Translations under genes and position numbers: made by a program
Origin: Chloroflexota bacterium
GTDB taxonomy: Bacteria > Chloroflexota > UBA11872 > VXOZ01
Direction: 5' to 3'
NCBI GenBank assembly: GCA_964291655.2
Contig: OZ219801.1
Coordinates: forward strand, 256,001 to 320,000
DNA length: 64,000 nt
Shown: piece by piece, positions 45,202 through 54,980 of the stretch
Position numbering within the stretch: position 1 is the first letter of the stretch
Layout: every line of letters begins with the position of its first letter
Notes under the pieces: model-generated
Database searches by the model: none
What the model was told of the DNA's origin: nothing
Seen by the model: the letters and a program-made list of their open reading frames with translations, nothing else

Positions 45202-45500
45202 TCCCGGCACAAGAATAGCTCGGCGGAATTCTAATATGCAGGCAGGCGCAAAATTCCGCAATGGCGTTGCCGTCACACCCTTGAAGTCAAGCCCTGGGCT
45301 GCTATGAGCCGAGTGGAGTCAGTTAACGCACGCTCGCGCGGCAGGGCTTGCCCGGTTGCTTCTGTTAGTCTTGCCGCAGGCGAGCCCCAGGGTTGGATGG
45401 AGCGCCGCGTTGTCGCCGCCCGAATCGTCTTGGAAGTCCGCCAGCTCGGCAGGCCTGGCTTGACTATCTCAGACTGCCACAACATGCGAGGCTATGCGCC

Positions 45501-46613
45501 ATGCTGAATTTACCTCATGCCGATGTCGTTGGGAGCCTGATTAGACCACCGGAGCTCCTCGCTGCGCGGGAGGAATTTGCGGCCGGGCGCATTTCGCCCG
45601 CGGCATTCAAGCGCGCCGAGGACGCCGCGGTCGATAGCGCCGTTGCTGCTCAGGAGGACGCCGGACTTGAGATCCTCACCGACGGCGAAATGCGCCGGCT
45701 CTCGTTCCAGAGTCAGATGCCCGAGGCGGTCGCCGGCTTTGGCGAATTCGATATTGACGCGTTCCTCTGGGGCGATTGGCAGGGCGACGAACGGGTAGGG
45801 GACTCGCGCACGGAGCGTCCCGCGACGCTGGGTGTCGTCGGGCGCCTCGAACGGAAGCGACACCTGTCAGCGGAGGAGTTCACCTACCTGCGCGGCCACA
45901 CCACGCGCATTGCCAAGGTGACACTGCCCAGCCCCAGCCTGTTCGCCAACTTCTGGTCGCCGGTGCAGTCCGCCGCAGCCTACCCCACGCTGGATGCGTT
46001 CTTGGCCGATGTGGCACAGATCGTCCGTGGAGAGATCGCAGAGTTGATCAGGCTGGGGGCGACCTACATCCAACTCGACGCGCCGCACTACCCGCTCGTG
46101 CTCGATCCGGCATGGGCGGCCTTCTACGCGGCCCAGGGTTCGTCCGCGGAGGACTGGATCGCCCAGGGCGTCGAGCTGGACAACGCCGTGATGGACGGTT
46201 TCTCGGAAGTAGTGTTCGCGGTCCACCTCTGCCGCGGGAACCAGGGCGGCCGTTGGCTGGTCGAAGGCAGTTACGACCGGATTGTCGAGCCGGTTCTCCA
46301 GCGCATAAACGCGCAGCGGCTGATGCTGGAATACGACGACCCCCGCTCCGGCTCCTTCGAGCCTTTGCGCGAGGTGCCCGACGACAAGCTCGTAGCGTTG
46401 GGGCTGGTCACGACCAAGTCCCCGGAGGCTGAGAACGTGTCCGAGCTGGAGTCTCGAATCGCCGAGGCTGCCCGCCACTTCCCCCTGGAGCAACTGGCCA
46501 TCAGTCCGCAGTGCGGGTTCGCATCATCCATCGTCGGCAATCCGCTCTCAATCGCGCAGCAGAACGCCAAACTCCGCATCGTCGCCGAGACCGCCCGCAA
46601 CGTCTGGAGGTAG
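45501..46613 (+). CDS. Cobalamin-independent methionine synthase II family (MetE C-terminal-like) zinc protein
   Basis: VGSL.RP, TDGEMRR, YIQLDAP, HLCRGN, LEYD..RSG, SPQCGFASS. Confidence 0.88.
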   Translation: MLNLPHADVVGSLIRPPELLAAREEFAAGRISPAAFKRAEDAAVDSAVAAQEDAGLEILTDGEMRRLSFQSQMPEAVAGFGEFDIDAFLWGDWQGDERVGDSRTERPATLGVVGRLERKRHLSAEEFTYLRGHTTRIAKVTLPSPSLFANFWSPVQSAAAYPTLDAFLADVAQIVRGEIAELIRLGATYIQLDAPHYPLVLDPAWAAFYAAQGSSAEDWIAQGVELDNAVMDGFSEVVFAVHLCRGNQGGRWLVEGSYDRIVEPVLQRINAQRLMLEYDDPRSGSFEPLREVPDDKLVALGLVTTKSPEAENVSELESRIAEAARHFPLEQLAISPQCGFASSIVGNPLSIAQQNAKLRIVAETARNVWR

Positions 46614-46774
46614 ACTCTCCCGCGATGTTTGCCGTCGACTTACAGAGCGTCCCATTCCCGGTGCCGTAACCTGGCCTGGTTAGTAGCTTCCCCCACCGTG
46701 AACCAATTAGCTTGGATTTCCCCATCGGTGCAGCTACAATTACGCGAGAGACTAGCAAGACAGGAGTTCCTTCA

Positions 46775-47368
46775 ATGGGAGTCCGGTTAGTCGCGGGCCT
46801 GCGGCAGCAACCACCGGCATTTTGGATCAATGTGGCAGTGAAGATCATCTTGATCTCTCTGCTTGCATTCGGTGCCTTCTCCGGACTGCAGCAACTTGAA
46901 GGCAAGGCGTTCATTTGGCGCCTGGCCACTTATCCAATTGCCGCCTTTGTAGTCCCAGTAATCTGGGCAATGCGCGCGCGAGATACCGCGTACCCGTACG
47001 CCGCCGACATCCTGCTCACGCTGCCGTTCCTCATCGACACCGCCGGCAATGCCGTGGACTTCTACGACTCCATCTGGTGGTGGGACGACGTGAACCACCT
47101 CGTAAACTGGGCGCTGCTCTCCGGCGCCGTCGGGTCTTTGGCGTGGAGAAATGACGTTCGCCCCTGGCAAACCATCGCGTATGTCGTGGGCTTTGGCGCG
47201 GTTACGGCGATCCTGTGGGAGGTCGCGGAGTACTTTTCGTTTATTCGCTTCTCGGAAGAGCTTGCAACAGCCTACGTGGACACCTTGGGGGACATGACAC
47301 TGGGTCTCGCCGGCTCGGTCGTGGCCGGCCTGATAGCCGCCCTGTCACCCCGCCGCCAACAAGCGTAG
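46775..47368 (+). CDS. Membrane protein, DUF2238/YjdF-like
   Basis: Several TM segments with WWDDVNH, WEVAEY, DTLGDM; AGGAG RBS before ATG 46775. Confidence 0.65.
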   Translation: MGVRLVAGLRQQPPAFWINVAVKIILISLLAFGAFSGLQQLEGKAFIWRLATYPIAAFVVPVIWAMRARDTAYPYAADILLTLPFLIDTAGNAVDFYDSIWWWDDVNHLVNWALLSGAVGSLAWRNDVRPWQTIAYVVGFGAVTAILWEVAEYFSFIRFSEELATAYVDTLGDMTLGLAGSVVAGLIAALSPRRQQA

Positions 47369-47629
47369 TCGACTCGACCCAGGCCTCGCTGTGCAGACCC
47401 AAGCGTCCCTATGGCACGGTCGCTCCCATCCCGCCGTCATCCTCGTAACCCATGAACGCTGGCACGCAGCCCCCATCCTCTGCCACGCTTTCGGATGTAC
47501 AATGGTAAGGGATTGGGCGAGGTAGAGGATGCGAACTCTTAATCACGTATTGTGCCGTTATGTAGACTGGGGTCGGCCCGCCTTACGAGCCGAGCATTAT
47601 AGTCCTTAGACGATTTGCCGGAGGGCAAT

Positions 47630-48640
47630 GTGGCGCAGTTTAAGATTGTGGCCTGGGGACGTGCCAACGTGCCCGGCGATTACACATGCGAGCTGGAGGC
47701 CTTGCAGGGCGTTGCTGCCCAGGTCGTGGAAGTCATCGCAGAGACAGACGAGGAGTTTCTGGAACTAGCGCAGGACGCCGACGCCATCATCCTGAGTGGG
47801 CATGGGCTTTCGGAAAAGGTGATCAATGGCCTCAAGCAGTGCAGAATTGTCGCATTGGACAGCGTGGGCACCAATCACGTCGCGGTTGCGGCAGCCACAG
47901 CCAAGGGCATTCCGGTAACCAACTGCCCGGATATCAATGTCCAGGAGGTCGCAGAGCACACGGTAACCCTCATCCTGGCCGCTCATCGCCGCCTGCTGCT
48001 CATGGACAAGACGGTACGGGAAGGGATCTGGTGGGAGGGGCATGCGCCTATGCGTCAGTTGCCCCGGCTGTTCGGTCAGACGCTTGGACTTATTTCCTTT
48101 GGCAACATTCCAAGGTCCGTTGTGCCGTTAGTAAAGCCGTTCGGCCTCCGTCTTCTCGCCCACGATCCTTTCGTCATGGAGACCCTCATGATTCAATACG
48201 GCGTGGAGCCGGTTGGACTCACAGAGCTATTGCAGCGGTCGGATATCATCGCCAACCATCTCCCAGGATCCGCCGGCACCACCAAGATGATTGGTGAGGA
48301 GCAGTTCAGGCTCATGAAGCCCACTGCCATATTCGTAAATACGGGCAGAGGCACGACCGTAGACGAGGCGGCGATGATTCGGGCGCTGGACGAAGGCTGG
48401 ATAGCGCACGCCGCGCTGGACGTGCTGGCAAGAGAACCACCCGATCCCCAGAATCCCCTTTTCAGCATGGAGAATGTCACGTTGACGCCTCACGTGGCTT
48501 CCGCGTCATCCAGGGTTCTCGCCGTGAGCAAGCGTCGGATGGGATTGGAGATCGCATTGGTGTTGAGCGGCCGTTGGCCCCTCTCTTGTGTCAATCCATC
48601 GGTGCTGGCCGGCTCGGGCCTGCTGAAATGGCAATCCTGA
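47630..48640 (+). CDS. D-isomer-specific 2-hydroxyacid dehydrogenase (CtBP-like)
   Basis: EVAEHT, VNTGRG..VDE, ALDV...EP, TPHVA. Confidence 0.88.
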   Translation: MAQFKIVAWGRANVPGDYTCELEALQGVAAQVVEVIAETDEEFLELAQDADAIILSGHGLSEKVINGLKQCRIVALDSVGTNHVAVAAATAKGIPVTNCPDINVQEVAEHTVTLILAAHRRLLLMDKTVREGIWWEGHAPMRQLPRLFGQTLGLISFGNIPRSVVPLVKPFGLRLLAHDPFVMETLMIQYGVEPVGLTELLQRSDIIANHLPGSAGTTKMIGEEQFRLMKPTAIFVNTGRGTTVDEAAMIRALDEGWIAHAALDVLAREPPDPQNPLFSMENVTLTPHVASASSRVLAVSKRRMGLEIALVLSGRWPLSCVNPSVLAGSGLLKWQS

Positions 48641-48735
48641 GCCCGGACCGTGCATTTCTCATGCAACTATTCTGATTGTCTGTCCGGGTCATGCCCTCCG
48701 CTGGGTAGCCCTTGAGAACCTAAAGGTGAAACATC

Positions 48736-50376
48736 ATGAATGTGCTGGAGACCGTCGCCGGAATATTGAAGGCTGAAGGTGTGGAGTGGGTCTCGTGTTT
48801 CCCCTCCAACGAGTTGATTGAGGCAGTTGCCAGGGAAGGCATCCGCACCATCATGTTCCGGCAGGAGCGCGGCGCTATCATGGCCGCCGACGGTTTCAGC
48901 CGTGTCAATGACCGCAACAGATTCGGTGTGGCAATTACCCAGGGAGGCCCCGGTGGGGAGAATTCCATGGGCGGCCTCGCGCAAGCGTTCGCTGACAATG
49001 TGCCCATCCTCTACCTCACGGCAGGCCCACCCCTCAGCCGGTACGCGGTGCGACCCGATTTCTCGCCTGTGCGCACCTACCAAACCGTCTCTAAACGCGG
49101 TGAGGTCATCGCTGACCCCAGCCAGGTCACTAGCACCATGCGCCGGGCCTTTCATGCGCTGCGCAACGGTCCTCCCGGCCCGGTGATAGTTGAGATCCCA
49201 AGTGATATGGACGATCAGGAGGTACCGGAGGCAACGGCGCACTATCAGCCGCCCCGCAGGTCGTCGCAACAGCCGGCAAGCAACGGCATCAAGGAAGCTG
49301 TGGGGCTGCTCCTGAACGCCAAGCGGCCGGTCATCTGGTCGGGAATGGGCGTGCTGTTCTCCGGTGCAACCGAGGAACTGCAGGAGTTGGCAGAGCTTAC
49401 GCAGATACCGGTGTATTGCACCATGCCCGGCAAGTCTTCCTTTGATGAACGCCATCCTCTTGCGCTCGGTTCGGGCAGTCTCGCTACGACATTGCCTGCC
49501 CATCGCTGGCTACAGGAATCCGACGTCCTCTTTGCCGTCGGTTCGAGTATGACCAGAACAACCTATGGTCAGCCCATTCCCGACGGCAAGACCATCATCC
49601 ACAACGTCGACCGTATAGAAGACATCAATAAGGATTATTCTGTCGCCGTCGGGCTACCGGGGGACGCCAAACTCACGCTGCAACTGGTGATTGAGGAAGT
49701 GCGGAGTCAGATTGGCGCAACCGGGCGGAAGGACAACTGTCAGGTTTCCACGGAAATCAGTGCGCTGAGAGAGCAATGGCTCGCCGAGTGGCGGCCGCTT
49801 TTGGAGTCCGACGAAGTGCCCATCAACACCTACCGGGTTATCGATGAGCTGGAAAGAACACTGGACAAAGAGAACAGCATTGTTACTCACGATGCCGGCG
49901 CGCCCCGGGACTCCATCATGCCCTTCTACACCGCCACAGTCCCCCACAGCTACATCGGCTGGGGCAAGACGACCCATCTCGGCTTCGGCATCCCGCTCAT
50001 GATTGGCGCCAAACTGGCACGACCCGATAAGTTCTGCCTCAACTTCATGGGGGACGGCGCTTTCGGCATGTCGGGCCTCGACATCGAGACCTCCGTACGG
50101 GCCAACGCCCCGATCACCACGGTGCTCCTCAACAACGGCGACATGGCGACCTATCCGGGAGGCTATCCAGCGGCGCGGGAACGGTTTGAACTCACCAAGA
50201 TGGGCGGCAACTACGCCAAAATCGCAGAGGGCCTGGGCGCCGTAGGCATCACCGTGACAGACCCCGCCGGAATAGCGCCTGCTCTTGTGAAAGCGCAGCA
50301 ACTAAACGCCGACGGCGAAACCGTGCTGCTGGACATACACACCAACATGGAAGGCCGCAGGTCAAAGTTTGACTAG
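48736..50376 (+). CDS. Thiamine pyrophosphate-dependent enzyme (acetolactate synthase-like)
   Basis: RQER...AADG, GPGGEN, GDGAFGM...NN TPP-binding motif. Confidence 0.9.
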   Translation: MNVLETVAGILKAEGVEWVSCFPSNELIEAVAREGIRTIMFRQERGAIMAADGFSRVNDRNRFGVAITQGGPGGENSMGGLAQAFADNVPILYLTAGPPLSRYAVRPDFSPVRTYQTVSKRGEVIADPSQVTSTMRRAFHALRNGPPGPVIVEIPSDMDDQEVPEATAHYQPPRRSSQQPASNGIKEAVGLLLNAKRPVIWSGMGVLFSGATEELQELAELTQIPVYCTMPGKSSFDERHPLALGSGSLATTLPAHRWLQESDVLFAVGSSMTRTTYGQPIPDGKTIIHNVDRIEDINKDYSVAVGLPGDAKLTLQLVIEEVRSQIGATGRKDNCQVSTEISALREQWLAEWRPLLESDEVPINTYRVIDELERTLDKENSIVTHDAGAPRDSIMPFYTATVPHSYIGWGKTTHLGFGIPLMIGAKLARPDKFCLNFMGDGAFGMSGLDIETSVRANAPITTVLLNNGDMATYPGGYPAARERFELTKMGGNYAKIAEGLGAVGITVTDPAGIAPALVKAQQLNADGETVLLDIHTNMEGRRSKFD

Positions 50377-50387
50377 CAGACTCTGGA

Positions 50388-50942
50388 ATGCTGAGATTTG
50401 GGGCCATTCCTTTAAAGACTATAGGACGAGGACTTGTGGGTAGCAGGATTCGGCTTCCACACGAAGGCGAGGAGATCGACCGTCTCATTCGCCAGATCAG
50501 GGAAGCGGTTCAAGAGAAACGAACAACAGTAGTTGCCGGCGTCAAAGTGACATACTCGATTTGCGACCCATGGCCCCAAGGCATGGATTCGGCTTTGTAC
50601 GACCAAGATGGCAACATCTACTTGCCAGTAGAGCACGTACGGTCAAATCCCATCTCTGCCGATCTCACTGCATTCCACGAGCACACTGAAGTCCGCCACA
50701 AGCTTGCTGGCAGGGCCCACGGCTACGCCCACCATCGGGCATTGCTCCTTGAGTTTCTGGCTGCCAAGGACGTATACGACGCGGACGGACTATGTGATTA
50801 CGTCCACCGTAGGGTGTTCTCCTACCCAGACTGGAAGATCCCGAACAAGAGCGCAATTAAGGAAAGGCTATGCGAGCTTCTCTTAGCCGATCGACCCATG
50901 AGAGGCAAGCTACTTCGCGTCTTTACCGCGGCAAGGATGTAG
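50388..50942 (+). CDS. Hypothetical protein with HExxE...AH motif
   Basis: 184-aa ORF directly downstream of the TPP enzyme; FHEHTEVRHK.....YAHHRA. Confidence 0.55.
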   Translation: MLRFGAIPLKTIGRGLVGSRIRLPHEGEEIDRLIRQIREAVQEKRTTVVAGVKVTYSICDPWPQGMDSALYDQDGNIYLPVEHVRSNPISADLTAFHEHTEVRHKLAGRAHGYAHHRALLLEFLAAKDVYDADGLCDYVHRRVFSYPDWKIPNKSAIKERLCELLLADRPMRGKLLRVFTAARM

Positions 50943-51105
50943 GCCATGCGAATTCTCTGGGCAAGTACGGCGAAGCTCAATGCATGCAGACAAGGTCAGC
51001 GGATTGCGAAGAACGCTTTCCCCAGCAGAATTGGGTAGAGTCGGTAGGGCGCCAGAACGCAATCCGGCTCCTCATTCCCCAATTCAGCGTCGACAGCGAT
51101 TGGAC

Positions 51106-51167
51106 ATCACGTCACAAGCTGACCGACTCCAACGGATAGGTCTCTAGCGGTCAGCTTGTGACGTGAT
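51106..51167. repeat. Perfect 20-bp inverted repeat with 22-nt spacer
   Basis: ATCACGTCACAAGCTGACCG (51106-51125) and CGGTCAGCTTGTGACGTGAT (51148-51167). Confidence 0.9.
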
Positions 51168-51726
51168 CGCATCCTCAAAATGACGGGCAGCTTTCTCAAA
51201 CTTGTCGCGGCAATCGGATTGCAAACCCCAACAACATGGCCGCAATACTCGTTGAGAGAATCGGCCCGCACAGGTTGGCCCGACTAAGGACACGTTACAT
51301 CAATGCAGTCGTCGATTTCGAGAACTCGCACTGTTCCATCCTTCGTTTGGCAGGAGCTGACCTGCAGCAGGGGAAGACAATCCTGGGCACGGCTATTCTG
51401 GCGAGATTTGGCTTCGTGCGCAAGCTATGCGCCGGTCTGAATCCCCGGTATCACTCTAGCCGGCGTGCCCTCTTCCGTACCAGAGAAGACATTAATGCAA
51501 GGACAAAGCATGCGGCGTCTCCATGAAATCGCAGACCGTCTTGGAGTAGTGAAGACCGGGCCCAATGGAAACCGGCGCAGTGGGTGGGGCGAGGGAACAC
51601 CCCATGCGCGGGGCGTGGCTGGCGGTCGATTTGACATGTACCTGCAAGTCAAAATACGGTGTGGGCAAGGGGCACATGTCGTGATGCCCTTCTATATAGG
51701 TCACCCTGAAAGGATCAGAGCAAGCA

Positions 51727-52368
51727 ATGGAATCTGATTACGAGAGATACCTCAGCGCTTTAGAGCGCTCCGTGTCGTACTTGGAGAGAGACGGCAAGTC
51801 CGCGAACGCGGTTACACTTGCCCGCAGCTTCGCAACGACGCCCGCAGACCTCTGGGACGCCGTCACAAACAAGGAGCGCATCCCGCGCTGGTTCTCGGGG
51901 ATCAGCGGAGACTTAGAGCTTGGGGGGAAATTTCAGATCGAAGGCAACGCGAGCTGTACGATTACGGCGTGCGAGCCGCAAGCGCATTTTGCCCTCACCT
52001 GGGAGTTTGCCGGGGACGTGAGCTGGGTGGAGGTGAGTCTATCGGAAACTGGAAGTGGGAGCGTGCAACTGTCACTCACGCACACTGCGCTGCTATCGCC
52101 GTTTTGGGACCAATACGGTCCGGGAGCGGTCGGCGTGGGCTGGGAGACGGCTTTCCTGGGACTCACCCTCCTTCTCGAACAGCCGGGCTGGACCAAGCCG
52201 GACGAAATGGAGTTTGCCACTTCAGCGGAAGGTAAAGCCTTCATCACCGGCAGCAGCGAGGGCTGGGCTCAAGCGTCAATTGCAGCCGGAACAGACACCG
52301 AGAAGGCGCACGCCGCGGCACGGAACACCACCGCGTTCTACACTGGCACGGAAGCTAGCCCCTCCTAA
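51727..52368 (+). CDS. SRPBCC/Aha1-like domain protein
   Basis: DLWDAVT..ERIPRWF..ISGDL..GG, GPGAVGVGW, TTAFYTG. Confidence 0.85.
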   Translation: MESDYERYLSALERSVSYLERDGKSANAVTLARSFATTPADLWDAVTNKERIPRWFSGISGDLELGGKFQIEGNASCTITACEPQAHFALTWEFAGDVSWVEVSLSETGSGSVQLSLTHTALLSPFWDQYGPGAVGVGWETAFLGLTLLLEQPGWTKPDEMEFATSAEGKAFITGSSEGWAQASIAAGTDTEKAHAAARNTTAFYTGTEASPS

Positions 52369-52470
52369 TGCGAGGGTAGCTGAGCTCATCCACAGCGTTA
52401 CTCATTCCTGCATGGACGGAATGCCGTACCAATGGTGCCCTGCTGCTACACGCAACTGTCCTTTGGAAAG

Positions 52471-52913
52471 CTAAGGATTAAGGCGCAACGTCACATAGGT
52501 TACGACCGTTGAGGTAATGAGGCTTAATAGGCCTCCAATGAGAATGTCCACAGGCACCAGGATCCCGGTCCACGTGGCAAGCATCAAAAAGATCGGCACA
52601 ATGTACGTGGCGTAGGCCGCGCAGCCCAGCACAAAGCTGTTCTGCACGCCTTGCGCAGGTTGCGCTCCTTTACTGCCGGCTCAATTGCCAGGTAGCTATT
52701 GGCGAGGGCAATCAGCAAGAGAAACGCCAGCAGCGAGACGAACTCACCCCCACCCCACGTATCCGGCTGCTTCCCAAAGCTATCAAAGAGCACATTGTTG
52801 CCGCTTTCCACATACAGACTCTCGTACATGTTCTGCGCAATAGGCGAGAAGTTCCAACCTATGTCAACAACCGTGTATACGACGAATGCGGCTATGAATC
52901 TGACGAAATGCAT
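52471..52913 (-). pseudogene. DUF2177-like membrane protein with a 1-nt frameshift near 52647
   Basis: MHFVRFIAAFVVYTVVDIGW...RNLRKA continues in another frame as QNSFVLGCAAYATYIVPIFLMLATWTGILVPVDILIGGLLSLITSTVVTYVTLRLNP*. Confidence 0.7.
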
Positions 52914-53149
52914 ACACACTTCTATTCTTGTCTCTGTTCAGTCACAAGCCCCAAGCGTAAGTCCCAACATTGATGGTCAGCCTGCAAGCTCTATAGTCTT
53001 GGCGCGGGCACGAAAAACCTGAGATCTCTGGGCAAATGGTGAGCAGCCAGCACACTTACGAATCAGATGTCTATGCAATATACTGAGCTTGAGCAACGAA
53101 TACGGTCGGTGCCGCACCGCAGAATCTTCGGAGAGTTCAGGAGGGATTA

Positions 53150-53797
53150 GTGCTGACTTCACTTGCCGGGCATGGGAGACCTAGCTTCAGATTTGCGCCC
53201 ATGTGTGTGGTGTTGCTTGCTTTCATGTTTAGTTTCGTTTGGTTTTTCGTATCAGCAGGGCAAGTGTACGCCTGCAAGTGTGCAGAACCTGGTCCGCCTA
53301 CGGAAGAGTTGGCAAATTTTGACGCAGTCTTCGTGGGCAAGGTCTTAGTGGTGCAGCACTCGTACGACCTAGAAGGAAAGACTGTCACCCCGGAGGACCG
53401 CTCCACCATCGGCTTCGAGGTAAGCACCGTGTGGAAGGGCGCCGTGCATGAGGTGATGTATATCACGACGCCCCCGACCGGCGGCAGTTGCGGGTATACG
53501 TTTGTTGAAGGCGAGGAATACTTCGTCTATGCGTCCGACAGCAACTATGGCGACGACAGCTATACGGCGAGTATTTGCAGCCGCACCGCCCTCCTGAGTG
53601 CCGCGCAAGCCGACCTCGACGCGCTGGGAGAAAGGGAAGCCCCGCAAGCGGGGACGAAAGGACCGGCACCCACAGACTCTGAAGACACTGCAACCGGCAT
53701 CAGCGCAGGTTGGGTCTTTGCCCTTGTCCTTGCCGCGGCCATGTTCCTCGTGGGGGCAGGCGGTTTCGTGGCGTATGCCAGACTTGGGCGCGAATAG
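53150..53797 (+). CDS. Exported TIMP/NTR-like protein with C-terminal membrane anchor
   Basis: Signal peptide ending VYA, then CKC; AVFVGKV, SCGYTF..G.EY.VYA, CSRT; C-terminal TM helix. Confidence 0.72.
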   Translation: MLTSLAGHGRPSFRFAPMCVVLLAFMFSFVWFFVSAGQVYACKCAEPGPPTEELANFDAVFVGKVLVVQHSYDLEGKTVTPEDRSTIGFEVSTVWKGAVHEVMYITTPPTGGSCGYTFVEGEEYFVYASDSNYGDDSYTASICSRTALLSAAQADLDALGEREAPQAGTKGPAPTDSEDTATGISAGWVFALVLAAAMFLVGAGGFVAYARLGRE

Positions 53798-53876
53798 GTT
53801 GCGCACCTTGCGCAATGTGCCTTTCGCAAGAGGGCCCTAGGCGAAACAATGGATTGCGAAAACTTGGAGGCACATC

Positions 53877-54980
53877 ATGAGAGTTCGTTCGCATGACCCG
53901 GAGTGGGAAGGCCCCCGTGCAGACCTGGAAGTGGCCGCGTCAGCGCCCAAGGGCCATTACCGTGCCGCCGTGGTAGGTTGCGGTCGCATGGGCAGCACCA
54001 TTGACGACGAGCACGTTGGCAAGCCCCATTACCCTTGGCCGTGGGCCCATGCGCCCGCAATTCAAGAAGCGCGCAATGTGGACCTCGTCGCCGGTGTCGA
54101 CTTCGATCGGAGACGGCTGGCCTACTTTAGTGAGCGCTGGAGCGTGGAAGCCCTCTACACCGATTTGCGCGAGATGGTTGCCAAAGAACGCCCCGACATT
54201 GTCTGCGTCACCACAGGGCCGGTGGAACGCGCAGAGGCGGTTACCGCCTTGGCAGAGGCCGGTGTCAAGGCAATCTATGCCACCAAGCCCATGTGCCGCA
54301 CTCCCGCCGAGGCCGACGCGATGATCGAGGCCTGCCGCCGCACCGGCACTATCCTCGCTATCGCCGCCCACCTCAATTGGTACGCACCATACACCAATGC
54401 GAAAGCCCTCATCGACAGCGGCGAACTAGGGCCCTTGCGCTCGATGGTCTGCCAAAGTCCGATGCCGCTCTCGAACATCCACAGCCATACGCTATGCCTC
54501 TTTAGTCTATTCGTTGGCGCTCCCGCGCGGTGGGTGCAGGGACACATGGACGATCCCGAAACCGCCAAGACTAATGAAGACCAGAGCGGTTCCGGCATGA
54601 TTGGCTACGAGAATGGCGTGCTGGGTTTTCTTAATTCTCACGCGCCCTGGCGGAGTTGGAGCATGGAGTTCAATTGCGAGCGCGGTCGTGTCTTCACCCG
54701 CAATCACCACGCCTGGTTCGAGCTTTGGGGACGAGGCGAAAACGAATTAGATGGTGAATACCAGCGGCAGTTCCCCTTCCCTTGGCGTCCCCGCAGTTCA
54801 ATGACTGACGCCATCGAGGGCGTCGCCCGTTCAATCGAAGCCGGCGTGGAAGAGTCGTGTCCCGGCGAGTTCGGGCGCGAAGCCCTGGAGATCGGCATCG
54901 CCATTCGCGAGTCCTATCGCAGCGGCCAACGCATGGAGCTGCCCCTTCAGGACCGCAGCCTCCGCCTCGGCGGCTACTAG
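53877..54980 (+). CDS. Gfo/Idh/MocA family oxidoreductase
   Basis: AAVVGCGRMG Rossmann motif, PDIVCVTT, TKPM in place of EKP. Confidence 0.88.
   Translation: MRVRSHDPEWEGPRADLEVAASAPKGHYRAAVVGCGRMGSTIDDEHVGKPHYPWPWAHAPAIQEARNVDLVAGVDFDRRRLAYFSERWSVEALYTDLREMVAKERPDIVCVTTGPVERAEAVTALAEAGVKAIYATKPMCRTPAEADAMIEACRRTGTILAIAAHLNWYAPYTNAKALIDSGELGPLRSMVCQSPMPLSNIHSHTLCLFSLFVGAPARWVQGHMDDPETAKTNEDQSGSGMIGYENGVLGFLNSHAPWRSWSMEFNCERGRVFTRNHHAWFELWGRGENELDGEYQRQFPFPWRPRSSMTDAIEGVARSIEAGVEESCPGEFGREALEIGIAIRESYRSGQRMELPLQDRSLRLGGY

Noticed and set aside
45202-45500. SAM or cobalamin riboswitch upstream of the MetE-like gene
   Set aside because: No recognisable conserved core motifs; an Rfam scan would be needed to exclude one fully.
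51236-51737. Short ORFs (96 aa, 90 aa) upstream of the SRPBCC gene as the usual ArsR partner
   Set aside because: No HTH-like sequence or convincing RBS; treated as non-coding.
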